NCBI GenBank assembly: GCA_951406725.2
Contig: OX597817.1
Location: 34,348,001-34,412,000 of the forward strand
DNA from: Octopus vulgaris
Lineage: Eukaryota
Length of the DNA stretch: 64,000 bases
Reading direction: 5' to 3'
Shown piece after piece: positions 35,878 to 49,529 of the stretch. Position 1 is the first letter of the stretch, and each line of letters starts with the position of its first letter. The translations under genes and the position numbers were made by a program. The notes below the pieces were generated by a model that had not been told where the DNA came from, made no database searches, and worked only from the letters and a program-made list of their open reading frames with translations.

Positions 35878-36262
35878 GGTGGCAAACTGGCAGAACCATT
35901 AGCATGCCAGGTGAAATGCTTAGTGGTATTTCATCTGCCGTTACATTCTGAGTTCAAATTCTGCTGAGGTCAACTTTGCCTTTCATCCTTTCAGGGTCAA
36001 TTAAATAAGTACCAGTTATGCACTGGGGTCGATATAATCAACTTAATCCGTTTGTCTGTCCTTGTTTGTCCTCTCTGTGTTTAGCCTCTTGTGGGTAGTA
36101 AAGAAATAGGTATTTCATTCTCAGTTCAGATTCTGTCAAGGTTGGATTTGATTTTCGTCTTTTCAGGGTCAAGGAAATAAGTACCAGTCAATTACTGGGG
36201 TCAATGTAATCAGCTAGGCACCCTCCCACAAAATTTCAGGTCTTGTGCCAATAGTAGAAAGG
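35878..36262 (+). mobile_element. SINE family B, dimeric form
   Basis: B monomer followed by a second core copy with the ..caaaatttcaggtcttgtgcc tail. Confidence 0.8.
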
Positions 36263-36456
36263 TTTATTATTATTATTATTATTATTGCATGTCTTTTGTA
36301 TAGTGTTTCACATATTACATGTTTTTTCATTACATATTATGTGAAAGAAACATTTCTTTTTTCAGTTTCTCTTTTTATTGTATAATGAATTTTTGTTTTC
36401 CTTTGAAATATAATTTAAAGTTATTAATGGAAGTTTAATGTTTATGTCTATTTCAG

Positions 36457-37583
36457 AAGCCACTGGTTTTGGTGACTCCCTTCTAACATGTGATGGCTTG
36501 GTTTTTAAGGACTGTAGTCCCGCTTTCTGCACAAGTCGACAAGGGATCATTGATATAAACAAAAGTAACTCGTTTTTCAGTTTTCGACGCAGAAGCAAAT
36601 TTATCAAAATGGCAGAACATTTCGAGTACAACCATATTCCTGCCCAGTTGTCTTCGATTCAAAATTTCCATGTCAAAAGTGTATTATGTTACCATGACAA
36701 CTTAGTCATCCTTCATCTTGTACAGAATATGATGACTCAATTTGGAGTCATAGATTTGAGTATTAATAAATTTCTTGGACATTTCGGTAAACAGAATGTG
36801 GAATTTGTGAATGAAGCTTTATGGGGTGAACTGAGTTCTGACGACTCAACATGTTTGATAAAATTTCCAAATCTCCGTGGAGACAACAGCGCATCTGTCT
36901 TTCAGCTTTACAACATTAAAACCAAACAGCTGATTAGTGAAGTTAGTTTACCTTACAGTCACTCATTATTTGCATTTGATCCTAGATTTGGAAACCTCCG
37001 TCTTGCTGTAACCAGCTTCAGACGAGATGAAGATAACTCACTTAGTCTAGTTCGAACAGACATCTGGGAAACCGTGTCATTCAACACTCAAATTGATGTT
37101 TTCCGTGATATGCAGCGACTGAAATTGAAAAACCTGGTGTACTCAAAAGACGGCTTGCTGATATTTGCAATAATGATGACAGGTGGCTGTTTTTGTCGTG
37201 AGAAAAAAAGTCGCAAATATAATGCCCTTACAATGGCTGTTTACGTATTTGACGGAGATACTTCACAAACACTATATTGTATTCAGTATATTAGATTTAT
37301 ATGTGGTCTGCATTCATGTCCTGTTAATTTTATGCCTGTTTTTTCTAACTGTGGTGATCGCATGGCCCTGGTTCTTAATGTGCCAGATTCTTCGACAGAT
37401 CATATCCATGTTTACAAGCTTCCCAACAAAGGTAACCTTCAGAACCGTTGCCGTACAAGAATTTTACAATACTTTTCTCCAGAGATGATTCCTCGTCTGC
37501 CATTACCTCAAAAACTTTTGGACTATTTACAATTCAAACCAGAATATGTTCAGCCCCCACCTCTTGTGTGTTCCAGATCTTAA
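36457..37583 (+). CDS. Terminal coding exon of an uncharacterised beta-propeller-like / SOCS-box protein
   Basis: 1127-nt stop-free frame in non-repetitive sequence; acceptor tctatttcag|AA (phase 1); BC box NLQNRCRTRIL and Cul5 box LPLPQKLLDYL; WD40-like motifs (ELSSDDS, FAFDPR, LVYSKDG, VYVFD, PVFSNCG); stop TAA 37581-37583. Confidence 0.9.
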
Positions 37584-40125
37584 ATACTTTCGAATAACAA
37601 AACAGTACAGAAATTTAAAAAACAAAAAAAAAAAACAAGATGAATAGATGAGGAATGGAAATTCAAATGGAAGAAGATAAAAGAGACTTTTATAAATGTG
37701 CAAAAACACTCAAGGAACAATCATATTTTTTTTTAATTTCGAAAAATATTTACTTTGTATTCACAGATATATTTATGTGATGTGATGTAAATGATACATC
37801 CCTGATGAGGTATGGGATTTACCAATTATGTCTTAAGTACATGTGATATATATATGATCTATGAGATATTTTGAAATGATATATGGGATTTATCTGCATA
37901 CATGACACAACACCAACACAATATACATACATACATCGGATAAACCACACTGACACTACTACAAAGGATTTATCTAAATAGTATATCTAAATATACTTAG
38001 TAATATTCATGTGAAATACCAAATATGATGATGAATTTTAAAAACCTTGATATACGTTTGATAAGTGTGAAAATGTCTTTTCTGGTTAGTCTATTGATTT
38101 ATACTAAAAAAATATGATGTGGAAGATATTTTCATGATATATATATATATATATATATAAGAACGAATACACATGCATTTCTGCATGCACACACTCACAC
38201 AAAAACAGACACATACACACTTCTGAAGCATACATATTTATATGCATACATGCTTCAATAAATAAGTACATTGATGTATATATATATATAATAATATACC
38301 AACATACATAAACATAATACAATATCCAGATACTTATGCACACTTACATTAATACATATTTGCATGCATACGTACATACATAATTCTGTGAGAATCCATG
38401 GGATACACTTGAAATCTCGGTGAATGAAAATTAGATATGTCTATACAAACGTCATGTGCTTTGCTTTAAAGAAACTCCTTGGGTGCAAAATTTTTGCATG
38501 GAACCAATCAATGAATTTTAGCAAATAAATACAGGAAAGCAAATCAAAATTACTTTACTAAGTCAACCTAGTCCTCCTCCACAACCCCCAATCCCAAATT
38601 TAAATCTTCTCCTTAAAATTTGATTTATACCTATTTTCGTAGGGTTTTGGTGCTCATCCCTGTTTCGGTACAACCAAATTACTCAAGACAATGATATCGT
38701 TGTTATGCTACTTTAAGCCTTAACATTAATACACGCACACTTCAAAATTCTCTCTTTCTTCCCCCGCCCCCCACATACATACACATACACACCAAAGTCC
38801 AAATGTTAAAACCATAATGTTTTAATTTATTGGAAGTACCAGGTGAAGAAAGTTAATACATATCTGGTATATAAATCATATAAAAAAAAAGTACAAAACA
38901 AGCAACAATATTACTGAGTTTCAAAAAAATACTAAGTTATCAGGTGTTTAATGTATGTTTGTGTGGCAAGTGTGATATAAAACGGAGCACCACTCCTTTG
39001 TTCAGATAAATTTTCAGTAAATAGAAATAGGAGTTGTTGGTGTTATTCTAGTTTTCTTTGCCTTGTTTTAATTAAGGTCTTTGATTCAATTTCGGCATAT
39101 ACTTTCGACTAGTCTTTCAGTCTTCCCCTCACTGACCATAACCCTCTCAAGTCAAACATCATAATCTCTAGTATCATAACTCCATATTTTCTTAAAACAT
39201 TTAGAAGTCCTTAGGCAAAGCAGAAACTTGGTCTATACTATTTATTGAGTGTGAGCAAACCACAATATATATGCTTAACATTGGACCCTTAGATCTGTGA
39301 GGCCTCCAAGTAACCTACCCAGTATGCCCATGCTTTATGATGGCTCTACTTGTAGCACTTTTAGACATTATTGGTGGCATAACAGCTTAAACCCATTATA
39401 TTTTTCCTTCTATATTGTAATATTACAGAAAGAACAAAGTCCATAGTTTGAAGTCCTTCCTGGCAAAAAAATATTGGGTGATTATTTTTGTTGATTTACT
39501 TTTATTTTTATGATTAAAATAAATCAAGATATGGAGAAAAATTTTTTTTAAATTAATCCTTCTGTTTCATTGAAATTAATTTAAGTCATTAATTTATGTA
39601 TCACATATAAGTGTGATAGAATCAATTGCCCACATTAAAAAAAAATTTTTTTTGTTATCAGAGACAGCCATTAAGGAATAACCTTTTTTTATTGGTTTAA
39701 AAAATAGGAGATATTGATGCTTATGTTTCCTTTTTCTCAAAGATACTGTCTATTTCATTTTTTTTTTAAATTAATGTCGTAATATAAATTTTAAAAATTA
39801 GCTATAACTTGAAATCAAAACTTAGTTGCTATCACAACTTACAAAAAACTTAATTTCTACAATATGGTTCTAGTAGTTGATCAACTCTATACAAAAATGC
39901 AAACTTTCAAAAAGAAAGACATTCAAAATTCTACATTATAGTGAGGCAGATGGAAACAGGTGATACATCAATTAACATCTAACAATCAACAAGGTATTAT
40001 TGTTGCTACATCAAAGTAGAAAGCTGGTGAAACCAATGCCAGACAAGATGCTTAGCAGTGTTTCTTCCAGCTCTATACATCCTAAGGTCAAATTCTGCCA
40101 AGCTCAACTCTATCTTTCAACCTTT

Positions 40126-40286
40126 GACCCTTTTGTTACTGTATTTATTTTGAGATGCTTTGTGTTTCTGAACATAAATTGTGACTAAGGTTTGGTGGAA
40201 GATATTAATTCAAAACTTATGATAACAAGATATTTGTACTCAGAGCCAGAGCCAGTTTCAGCCGGGTTGGTAACAAAAGGGTTAAA
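40126..40286. mobile_element. piggyBac-like MITE inserted in an old SINE B
   Basis: acccttttgttac ... gtaacaaaagggttaa termini; SINE B halves on either side. Confidence 0.6.
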
Positions 40287-41712
40287 GGTTGATAAAATAA
40301 GTACCTGTCAAGTACTACGGAATAGTGTAATTGACTTGCCCCTCCTCTCAAAATTGCTGGCTTTGTGCCAAAATTAGAAAGAATTATTGTATAGATTTTT
40401 TTTACTTGCTTAAAACAATCAAAATATGCAAAAACAGTTGAGTTCATTCAAAACCTTTGTCTATAACAGACAACTCAAACATCTTAAAAATAGTACATGG
40501 TCAAGAAAAACTAAGATACATGTTTTGCTTCTAACTCAAACTGTTGCTTTGGAACATTTTGTGATGATAGTCACACACCAGTAAGTTATAAATATTCTTT
40601 TTAAAAGCAGCTAAAATGTAGCATTTTATAACTACTGATAATATTTTTAGCATTCTTTATAAAGTATATGTTTGAGTTGAAGGTTCTGGTGTACTGCATG
40701 CTTGATTGGAAGATTAATAAAATAATAAATCTGATTTACTCTTAATCAAGGTACTTAATTCTATACTCCATTATGTTCTACTGGCTGTTTCACGGTTGAC
40801 CGTTTTAGCTGTAGAAACAAACAACTGGTCAGACAAAAATCTAATAGTGTGGAAAATGAATGTAACACACCATTCTATATTTATCTCTCTCTTTCTCTCA
40901 TATACACACATATATATATATATATATGTGTAAAGCAACATTCTATAGTCATTTCTCTGTCTCTGTCTTTCTCTTATGTATATAAGCACCCTGCTCACAC
41001 TGTAAAGTGGTTGGCATTAGGAAGGGCATCAAGCTATAGAAACCAACCCAAATCAGGCTGGAACCTCGTGCAGCTTGCCAGCTCTGGTCAAACCATCCAA
41101 CCCATGCCATCATGGAAAATGGATGTCAAAGGATGATGATGATGCTGATGATATATGTATGTATGTATGTATATATTAAACTTTTATAAAAAGAGGTGTA
41201 ACAATAACTGAAGTTTGAGCCTGCTTGTCTGGTGAGGGTAGACAGGGTGAAACTTTGAGGGTCACTGTCACTCCTCTTTTTGTAAGAGTTCAATAAATAT
41301 GTATTCTACTAAAAAGTATTGAGTAATTCTTCAGCTTAATGTTAAATTGTTTTCATATATATAACTTGACATAAAAATCAATCATATATATATATATATA
41401 TATACAATTTTGTTTGTGTGTCAGATTTCAAGTTGGTAACTAATTTTATCAAGGAAACCTTTAATTTTTTTTATTTTGCTTAGTCTTAATGGTTTAAAAG
41501 CACCAGACTTGTGTTCAAGACTTGGCTCCAGGTTCAAGGATTTTAGTTGATCATTATTCCAGGATGGTAGTTATTTTACCAATCTCTTTTTCTTAAGTGG
41601 TTATCTTTTTTACATAAAGAGATACCCCCCACACACACACAGAGCAGGTTTTCACACAGTTTCCATCTCCCAAATTTTTCTCACAAGGTACTGTTCAACC
41701 TGAGGATACAGC

Positions 41713-41745
<33 letters not shown>

Positions 41746-42051
41746 GCCCAACATGCTGTAGAGTGGGATTGAAACAGGAACCATGTAGTTGTAAAGCAAA
41801 CTTGTTATCCCCTTCGCTATGCTTACTTCTTTAGTATCCTTTAGGAAAAGTAAGAATGTTACAATCTCCATTTCATCTCTCCTCTGAAATTACGGCTCTG
41901 ATTCACCCATTAATGAGTACTTTTGATTGGAAACAAAAGCAAGTATTTTTGTAAAGGATGTTTGCTTCTGTTTACTAGACTTAGTGAAATAAATAAATCT
42001 AAAGAATAATAATGTGTACATGTGTGTATGTCTGAAAATATGTGTTTATTC

Positions 42052-42268
42052 GGTGGCGAGCTGGCAGAAACATTAGCATGCTGGGCGAAATGCTTAGCGG
42101 TATTTCGTCTGCAGCTACATTCTAAATTCAAATTCTGCCACGGTCGACTTTGCCTTTCATCCTTTCGGGGTCGATTAAATAAGTACCAGTTACGCACTGG
42201 GGTCGATATAATCGACTTAATCCGTTTGTCCTCTCTGTGTTTAGCCCCTTGTGGGTAGTAAAGAAACA
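42052..42268 (+). mobile_element. SINE family B, 18-bp TSD
   Basis: TSD gaaaatatgtgtttattc at 42034-42051 and 42269-42286. Confidence 0.9.
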
Positions 42269-43559
42269 GAAAATATGTGTTTATTCATTTCATATATGAA
42301 AGTGTATATGTATATTACTGAATGTATGTACATAGTAATACACCTCTATAGGTTTATGGACTTCTTTCATTAGATGTATGCACCAAAGTGTAGGAATGTA
42401 TCTGTCTAATTATGTGTGCATGTGTATGCATATGTGGTCACGTGTATTTATTTGTGTATATATTTATGCATGCTTGAAAATATCCGTGGGTGTCTAAGTT
42501 GTATAAATGTATTTAATGAAAGAAAGGGGTCCTGTCCTTGAAACAGAAGAAAGGTAACAGGCTTTTGAATGAAACGCTATATTTATAAATAAACCACTAA
42601 TTTATTTACAGATGCCATTATATATGTACAATCACAAACATATAAACTAACAGCCCTGAGCCCTGACCCTAACTCTTCCTACTTTTCCCTCCTCCTCATA
42701 TTCACACACAAAAACGCACATTTATGTCTGTACCATTAATTTTCTATATACAAAACTACATTTTGTAAGGAAATACTCCAGTATATTACTGGTACCTGTT
42801 TTATCACTGTTGAGTGAATGGGTGAATTTAAAGGAAATCAACCCAGATAGGTTTTAATGATGATGTATGAAACATTGAAGGCTTTCTCTCTATAGTTCTC
42901 TTTAATGATGGTGTATGGAACACTGAAGGCTCTCTCTCTATAACTTATGTTTCAAGCTTCCATACTGCATAACATTGTGTGTGTGCGTGTAATCATTGCT
43001 TTTACCTATTCCTGTTCTCAGTTCTACACAGTGTATAAAGTAATGTGTTACTTGTTTCTCACATATCTAGGCTGGTTAGATTTAACTTTCAATTGCTGAC
43101 TTCTAAAAGACTTGGTGTGGACATATTGTGGTACCAGCACCAATATGCACACACACACACACACACACTTTGCTACTGTCCATGTTTTATTATGTATTCT
43201 TTCCCGGCTACTGAGCCCAATCACTATCAAAACCACAACCATCTCTCTGTTAGTGCAGGTGGAACATATGTATGCAGTCTTAATAGAGGTGGATTTAAAT
43301 GTGTGGAGCCCTGTCTCATCTTAATTACCTTCTGGTTGTTCTCCAAATTTGCTGCCACTGGCACCATGCTGACATCACTACTACTAGATGTTATGTCAAC
43401 TGGAACAGCTTGCAGGTTTGGGGCTGGAATGTTGCATTTCTTTTGAGACAGTGTTTAACTTTATTTTCACAACTTAGTCATAGGAGGAATGGTGTTTAAC
43501 CAATAATGAATTAGATCTCCTACCTAAGTTGGTCCTTGAAGAAGTATTTCTGTTGATGC

Positions 43560-44130
43560 TGCTGGCTGTCATTTGTCGGGTAATGTATTATACATGACCT
43601 TTCAAAGAATCATGATAGCATATCCAAAATATCACAACTGATTTTCAGCAATCATAATCTCAATACACTTGAATTGGTTCTGGAAAGAACTCCATTGTGA
43701 GATGATATTACAGAAATTGTTACATGGCATCACAAAAGTAATTCTGACAGAATTCCAATGTTGTTTCTGTAATAAAGAATATTACAGAAACAGCATCGTG
43801 AGCAAGACCAAGATCATTTCTTGACTTTTGTCAGTCTCTCCAAGACTTTTGACATCAATTTTTAGGAACTTTTTGTTTTGTTTTATCATTCCATTCAGAT
43901 TTGGATGGAAATTTAAATTGGTGAAAATCTTGCTACAATTAGTTGGTTATTTGTGGGCATACACCTGAACCATGCAGCGAATGTATTGGCATGAGGCTTG
44001 TTCTTCAACATCTACTGCCAATATGTCACCCATATCATCCACAAGGAGCTTTGGACAAAGACAAAGTTGCTCTTATTTCAGGCTAAATGGAAGCTTAATT
44101 AATATCAAAAGGCTTCAAAAAGCTACCTTG
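43560..44130 (+). mobile_element. Degenerate RTE-clade LINE reverse transcriptase fragment
   Basis: LQKQHREQDQDHFLTFVSLSKTFD (LQEKCREQ..FxDLxKAFD), LFFNIY, YFRLNGSLINIKRLQK (YRxDGxLFNLRRL). Confidence 0.7.
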
Positions 44131-46803
44131 CTCTTTTGGGGGTGAGTCTGTGTGTCTTTTAAGGCATATACTCTGGAACACTTGAAGTTTGTTTTCACCA
44201 TGATAACTGGAACCTATAAGAAGTTAAGTTGCATTGTCCTCACCATCAAAGCAGGTGTAGTTTGTCAGTGATGCTCCATTCTACATTTGACTTTGACAGT
44301 TTCCACCACTGACCAAATCATAACAATATTAATAAATATGTAAAATAAGTACTAAGACAGTATTGTCTCAAAGGACTGCCATATCAACTGGTATTTAGAA
44401 AAAAAGTTATTTGTTAATTTTCAAAAGCTATGACATTAGGTCTTCAAAAGCAAAAGTCTCCACGACCACTCTTAAGTTGCTGATTATATGGTTTGCATTC
44501 ATTATCACACATGTTAAAAGTCATGAACCCTGAATTACTTGCAGCTGCCACATCAAAATGGTTCATTAGTTCCATATATGGCAACTGGGACACATATTTG
44601 AAATCACCTGGCACATGCACACACACACACACACAAAACTGCTATAATTAGATTACTTGCTTATAAAAAACCCTTCCTTTAATAACACAGATTTTAATAG
44701 AATAGCAGATATTTTTTTGTGATTAGCAAAATTTTGTATGTGAGCTTGGAAAAAGATTATAAATTCATATAAGTGTGTGTGTTTGCATATGTAAATGAAA
44801 GAAGAGATGAAGTATTCATTACCAATTCATTCATATGCAGCTGAGGACTCTCGGTTCACCTGTCTGGGAAAGATAAGTAGCCTGTCTTTTGGGAATATAC
44901 TAGCATCATATCCACTTGAAGATTTATTTCACATCTGACCAAAACTGCTGTAGGATTTAAAGCTCAACACTGAATGTAACAGCTTTTGTAGTTTGTGATG
45001 GCATTTATCTTTTTATTATCATGAATAGTTGTTGCAACACACATGTTCCTAGCTATTGAGGCTATTTATAACAAACACATCCATTCACACACAGACACCA
45101 ATGCACATCTGTATTTTTTGCTTTGTGTAAAAGTATGGCAGAGAATATATTTCTAGGTAAATGTATGTATACTCATAATGTATATGCCTTTAATAATTTT
45201 TTTTTTTTTGCTTCTTGTGTTTTTCTGTACATAATGTGCATTAACACAAAACACGCATTTCTTACATAAAACCTATGTTTATATCTATGTATGTAGGAAT
45301 GTGTATGTGTATGTAAGTCTGCGTGTGAATGTGTAAATCTTAAGATGTCCCATAAACCCACCACCAGTTATAAGAGCATCACCAAAGGCTTTCTTTTCAA
45401 GTAATTCATTATGGGTGAGTCAGTTTATCATTGTCCATCTCCCTCAAAGCTATTGGCTAAAGCCCCCACCCCCTCCCCTGCCAAAAAAAAAAAAAGAGAA
45501 AAATGGAAAAATATACAGGCATTATGGCGTAACTGAAATCTGAGAACTCTAGCCAGGAATGATATCCATATCAGAAAAAAATAAAAGGGCTAATTGCAAG
45601 TTCCATGCAAACACACATGCACACATGTATTCTGATAACCAAATGAAAATATTATCAATTGATAATACTTTCAGACTGTCGTAGCAACAGCAGACTATGC
45701 CATTAATTTAATAACAATAGATTCTAAATGCTTATTCATGTATTAAGTTATATATTTTGAATGTTGAAATCTAATACACTGATTTGCAGTCTTCTTATGT
45801 GTTTCAATATTGGTTTATGACAGCTCACTCCACTTTATTTTTTATGATTTGTTCAAATTATATTTTTCCAAATGGTGGAGTTTCGTTAAACTGGTAGCAA
45901 TTCCAGTACAAAGTGTCCTAAATTCTTGCTTGTACCATCCGTAGTTTGCTGAGTCTGAGAAACAAGGTGTAAAGGTTGACAAAACTGGCCAATGCTTCCT
46001 TTTCTTTCTTTTCTTTTTTTTTTCTTCCTTTTTTTTTTCAAACTCAGAAAATAAAAAATAGATAAATAAACAAAAATAGAATAAAAATAAAATACAAAGA
46101 AAACAAAACATTCTCTCAACTTGATTTTCTGTTAAGTATCCTAAACTCTGATGAAATTGGAAAATAAAACAACAAAAAAAAACCCTCCAAAAAAAAAAAA
46201 AAAAAAAAAGAAAGAAAATCAATGCCTAATTCTTTTAGACAAAGATTAAACTGTCAAAACTTTTAATTAGCTAAATTATTTGTGTATGAAATGATATTCA
46301 CAGAAAATTAGTTGATGGAATAATTAGAGAATTTTCCCACTCACCCACCTTGAAACATTTGTAGAATAATGCAAGGAAAGACTTCCTGAAGTGAATTCTC
46401 GTAGCTTTTCTGCTCTTACCAAAATGTCTTTGCAGCATGATATGTAACTGTGCTAAAACAACAGCAAGTCACGTTAATTAACAAATTTCTTTATTCCCCC
46501 CACCCCCCCTGAAAAAAAAATGTTTGTCTTTCAATTCCATGATTTTATTTGCCCTCTGCTGATGTTTATTTTAGCAAGTAACTTGCTCAGGTAATAAAAA
46601 TGTGTTGACTGAAAAAAAACTAAGAAAATGAAGGATGAAGTAAAACATTTTCCCCCCAACCCTCAGATATCTGTATGAAAAGAGGAGGCAGAAATTATTT
46701 TTGTGTCAAATTTTTGTAGAAGTTGTAAAAATTAAAGTTGTTGAGAAACAAATAATAGTTTTTGTTGTTTTTTTCTGAACTAGACAAAAAAGTAAATTAA
46801 AAA

Positions 46804-47477
46804 AGGCGCAGGAGTGGCTATGTGGTAAGTAGCTTGCTTACCAACCACATGGTTCCGGGTTCAGTCCCACTGTGTGGCACCTTGGGCAAATGTCTTATGA
46901 GTGGATTTGGTAGACGGAAACTGAAAGAAGCCTGTCATATATATATATGTATATCACGTGATCGACCAGACCATCAGATGTTGTTACACATCGCTGGTCA
47001 CAATGCGTTCACATTGTTTTAGCCTTCGAATGACGCCATCCCGCTGGCTAAGCGAGCAGGCCAACAGAAGAAAGAGTGGTGAAAGAGTACAGCAGGGATC
47101 ACCACCCCCTGCCGGAGCCTCGTGGAGCTTTTAGGTGTTTTCGCTCAATAAACACTCACAACGCCCGGTCTGGGGATCAAAACCGCGATCCTGCGACCGC
47201 GAGTCCGCTGCCCTAACCACTAGGCCATTGCGCCTCCATATATGTATATATATATATTTATGTGTGTGTATATATTTGTGTGTCTGTGTTTGTCCCCCCA
47301 ACATCACTTGACAACCAATGCTGATGTGTTTACGTCCCTGTTACTTAGTGGTTCAGCAAAAGAGACCGATAGAATAAGTACTAGGCTTACAAAGAATAAG
47401 TCCCAGGGTCGATTTGCTCGACTAAAGGCAGTGCTCCAGCATGGCTGCAGTCACATGACTGAAACAAGTAAAAGAGA
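46804..47477 (+). mobile_element. SINE family A interrupted in its (TA)n by a SINE C
   Basis: A head 46804-46950; A tail 47240-47477. Confidence 0.85.
46953..47237 (-). mobile_element. SINE family C, tail type 4
   Basis: C head/body; tail ctgttggcctgctcgcttagccagc..gatggtctggtcgatcacgtgat; the same tail is at 57248-57399. Confidence 0.85.
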
Positions 47478-48239
47478 TTGAATACTTTTTCCATAATTTA
47501 TAAATCTCATCTTTATACTAGTGCCACTGCCATATAAAAAGCACCCTGTAAACTCTGAAAAGTGGTTGGCATTAAGAAAGGAACCCAGTTGTAGAAACCA
47601 TGCTAAGGCAGAAATTGGAGCTTCACACTCTCCTAGCTTGCTGGCTACAGTCAAACTGCCCAACAAATGCCAGAATGGAAAATGATGAGTATTCTTTGAC
47701 AATATATTTGCCCCAAATCAGCTTCGGATATTTCTGACTGTAGTAGTGGTTGTTGTTATGTGGCCCTGAGCCGCGCCTGATCAAGCAGACCTGTTATAGA
47801 ATGGCTTTCTAACTGTGACTCACTTATATTTTTGTACATCTGACATCATCATCTCATACATCCTTTCTTTATTCTCAAGATGGTAATATGTGATATGACT
47901 TTAGCTACTATTTCTAGCAGTTGAAGCAACTGAGCTGGGGGTTCCTTATTGTCTGTTATATTAGTGATCTTCATCTTACATTGTATCATCTCTTAGTGGA
48001 TTATTTATTTATTTATTATTTTATTTGGAAGATAAGAAATATTTTCATGTATTATGAAATTACAACCAAGTTCTTATATGAAGGTTGTTATGAAGATTGT
48101 CTTCTATCATCTATTATATTGCCTTAGAGGGAGTATATGGGCCTGTGCAGGAGTTACTATGCGATCACTTGATTATCCACACTAAAATTCCCTCATTCGG
48201 TTTTCTTAAAGCAGGAAGAAAACATTGGACAATGTGATC

Positions 48240-48658
48240 TTAGATATACAAAAAGATTATCAACCATCGTACAAACAATAACTCTGAGCATTTTTTCAAA
48301 CTCCACCCATCTAACACCCGTGGACATATTTACAAAGTCAGAAAACAGCACAGCTCCCATGACTTCAGGAAACATTTTTTCACGCTGAGAGTTGCTGAAG
48401 CATGGAACAAACTGCCGGCATCAGTTGTTAGTTGTCGGAGCACTGCAACCTTCAAAACTTCCATGCTTTCTGAGATTCGCCAACACTACACCTGATTTTC
48501 TCCCCTCCATACACACACAGGCATGTATCTGACTCATACATTGTTCACTTTCCAGACATTTTTACATTACTGCATGTACTTTATATGCACTTTCTGACAA
48601 GTTGTGATGCACCTGAGCACTGTATACAATAATTTCATTATATTTATATTATATTATT
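48240..48658 (+). mobile_element. CR1-clade LINE 3' end (ORF2 C-terminus, 3' UTR, (ATT)-rich tail)
   Basis: IYKKIINH..SNTRGHIYKVRKQHSSHDFRKHFFTLRVAEAWNKLPASVVSCRSTATFK; the tail also occurs inverted at ~4220-4260. Confidence 0.85.
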
Positions 48659-49036
48659 TGATGTTTACTGCTCGAATGCCTTTGATCATGTCCCTGATTG
48701 ATCTAGGCCAACTTGGAATTAAATGACAAAAACTCCAACAGCATAAGGACCAGACTGTTTCACTTCATCTGTAATATATTTGTTGTCATTGCTAAGCACC
48801 AGGTCAGCCCTGATTGAGCTGATCTATCATCAAAGCATTCTAGATATGACCATCCAGTTTTTTTAAAAAAGTGAATAGTTTTACATTATATAATGTATCC
48901 TTTCCTTAATTAAGGTGGTAGGGTGTGATTTGAAAGATATCTGGCTGCTATTTCCAACAGACATGCCCTGCTTCTGGTCATATGATGTGCAGTTGATTAA
49001 TTTAGATAATGCTTCAGGGTCCAGCATTAGTAGCAG

Positions 49037-49529
49037 TGGAGGCGCAATGGCCCAGTGGTTAGGACAGCCGAGTCGAGGTCATAAGGACGCGGTTTCGATT
49101 CCCAGACCGAGCATTGTTAGTGTTTATTGAGCAAAAGCACCTAAGCTCCACTTGGCACCGGTGAGGGGTGGGGTTGAACCCTGCTGTACTCTTTCACCAC
49201 AACTTTATCTCACATTTTCTTCCTACTTCTGCCACAAAGAGAGGAACCATGACGTAACACAGTATGGTGTGGTAAACTTTCAGACCCTAATCTAGATTGC
49301 AAATCCTCTGTACCCCAGGATGGTTCAGCTCTCCACTCGTCAAAAGCCACCGTTTACGGAATGAGGATAACAACGTAGCTTTTGCACCCGTGCAACCGCC
49401 AGTCTATTGTGTGTGGTGGGTGGATCTTCAAGTTTCCACACGCGTTCTTAGTAGCTTAGACTAAGCTCGAATCAGAGATTATTCTTTGTGGCTAATGGTG
49501 TGAGTCCTGATTGGAAGAAGAAGAAGAAG
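49037..49529 (+). mobile_element. SINE family C, tail type 5 ((GAA)n end)
   Basis: C head tggaggcgcaatggcccagtggttagg; long unique tail ending gattggaagaagaagaagaag. Confidence 0.8.

Noticed and set aside
36438-36456. ATG at 36438 as the start of a single-exon gene
   Set aside because: It lies in the AT-rich acceptor region; a phase-matched upstream exon with a better start exists.
37569-37583. C-terminal CSRS as a CaaX prenylation signal
   Set aside because: Cys is at -4 but Arg at the a2 position is unfavourable; unsupported without conservation data.
37800-37830. ctgatgaggta..tacc in the 3' UTR region as a hammerhead
   Set aside because: A stem II-like pairing is present but the GAAA box and cleavage triplet are missing.
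44444-44632. Minus-strand ORF GDFKYVSQLPY.. as an exon
   Set aside because: The acceptor lacks a pyrimidine tract (GT repeat), no homology is recognised and it adjoins LINE debris.
45842-45955. Minus-strand acceptor ccttgtttctcag with a short open frame
   Set aside because: No recognisable protein motif and no partner exon.
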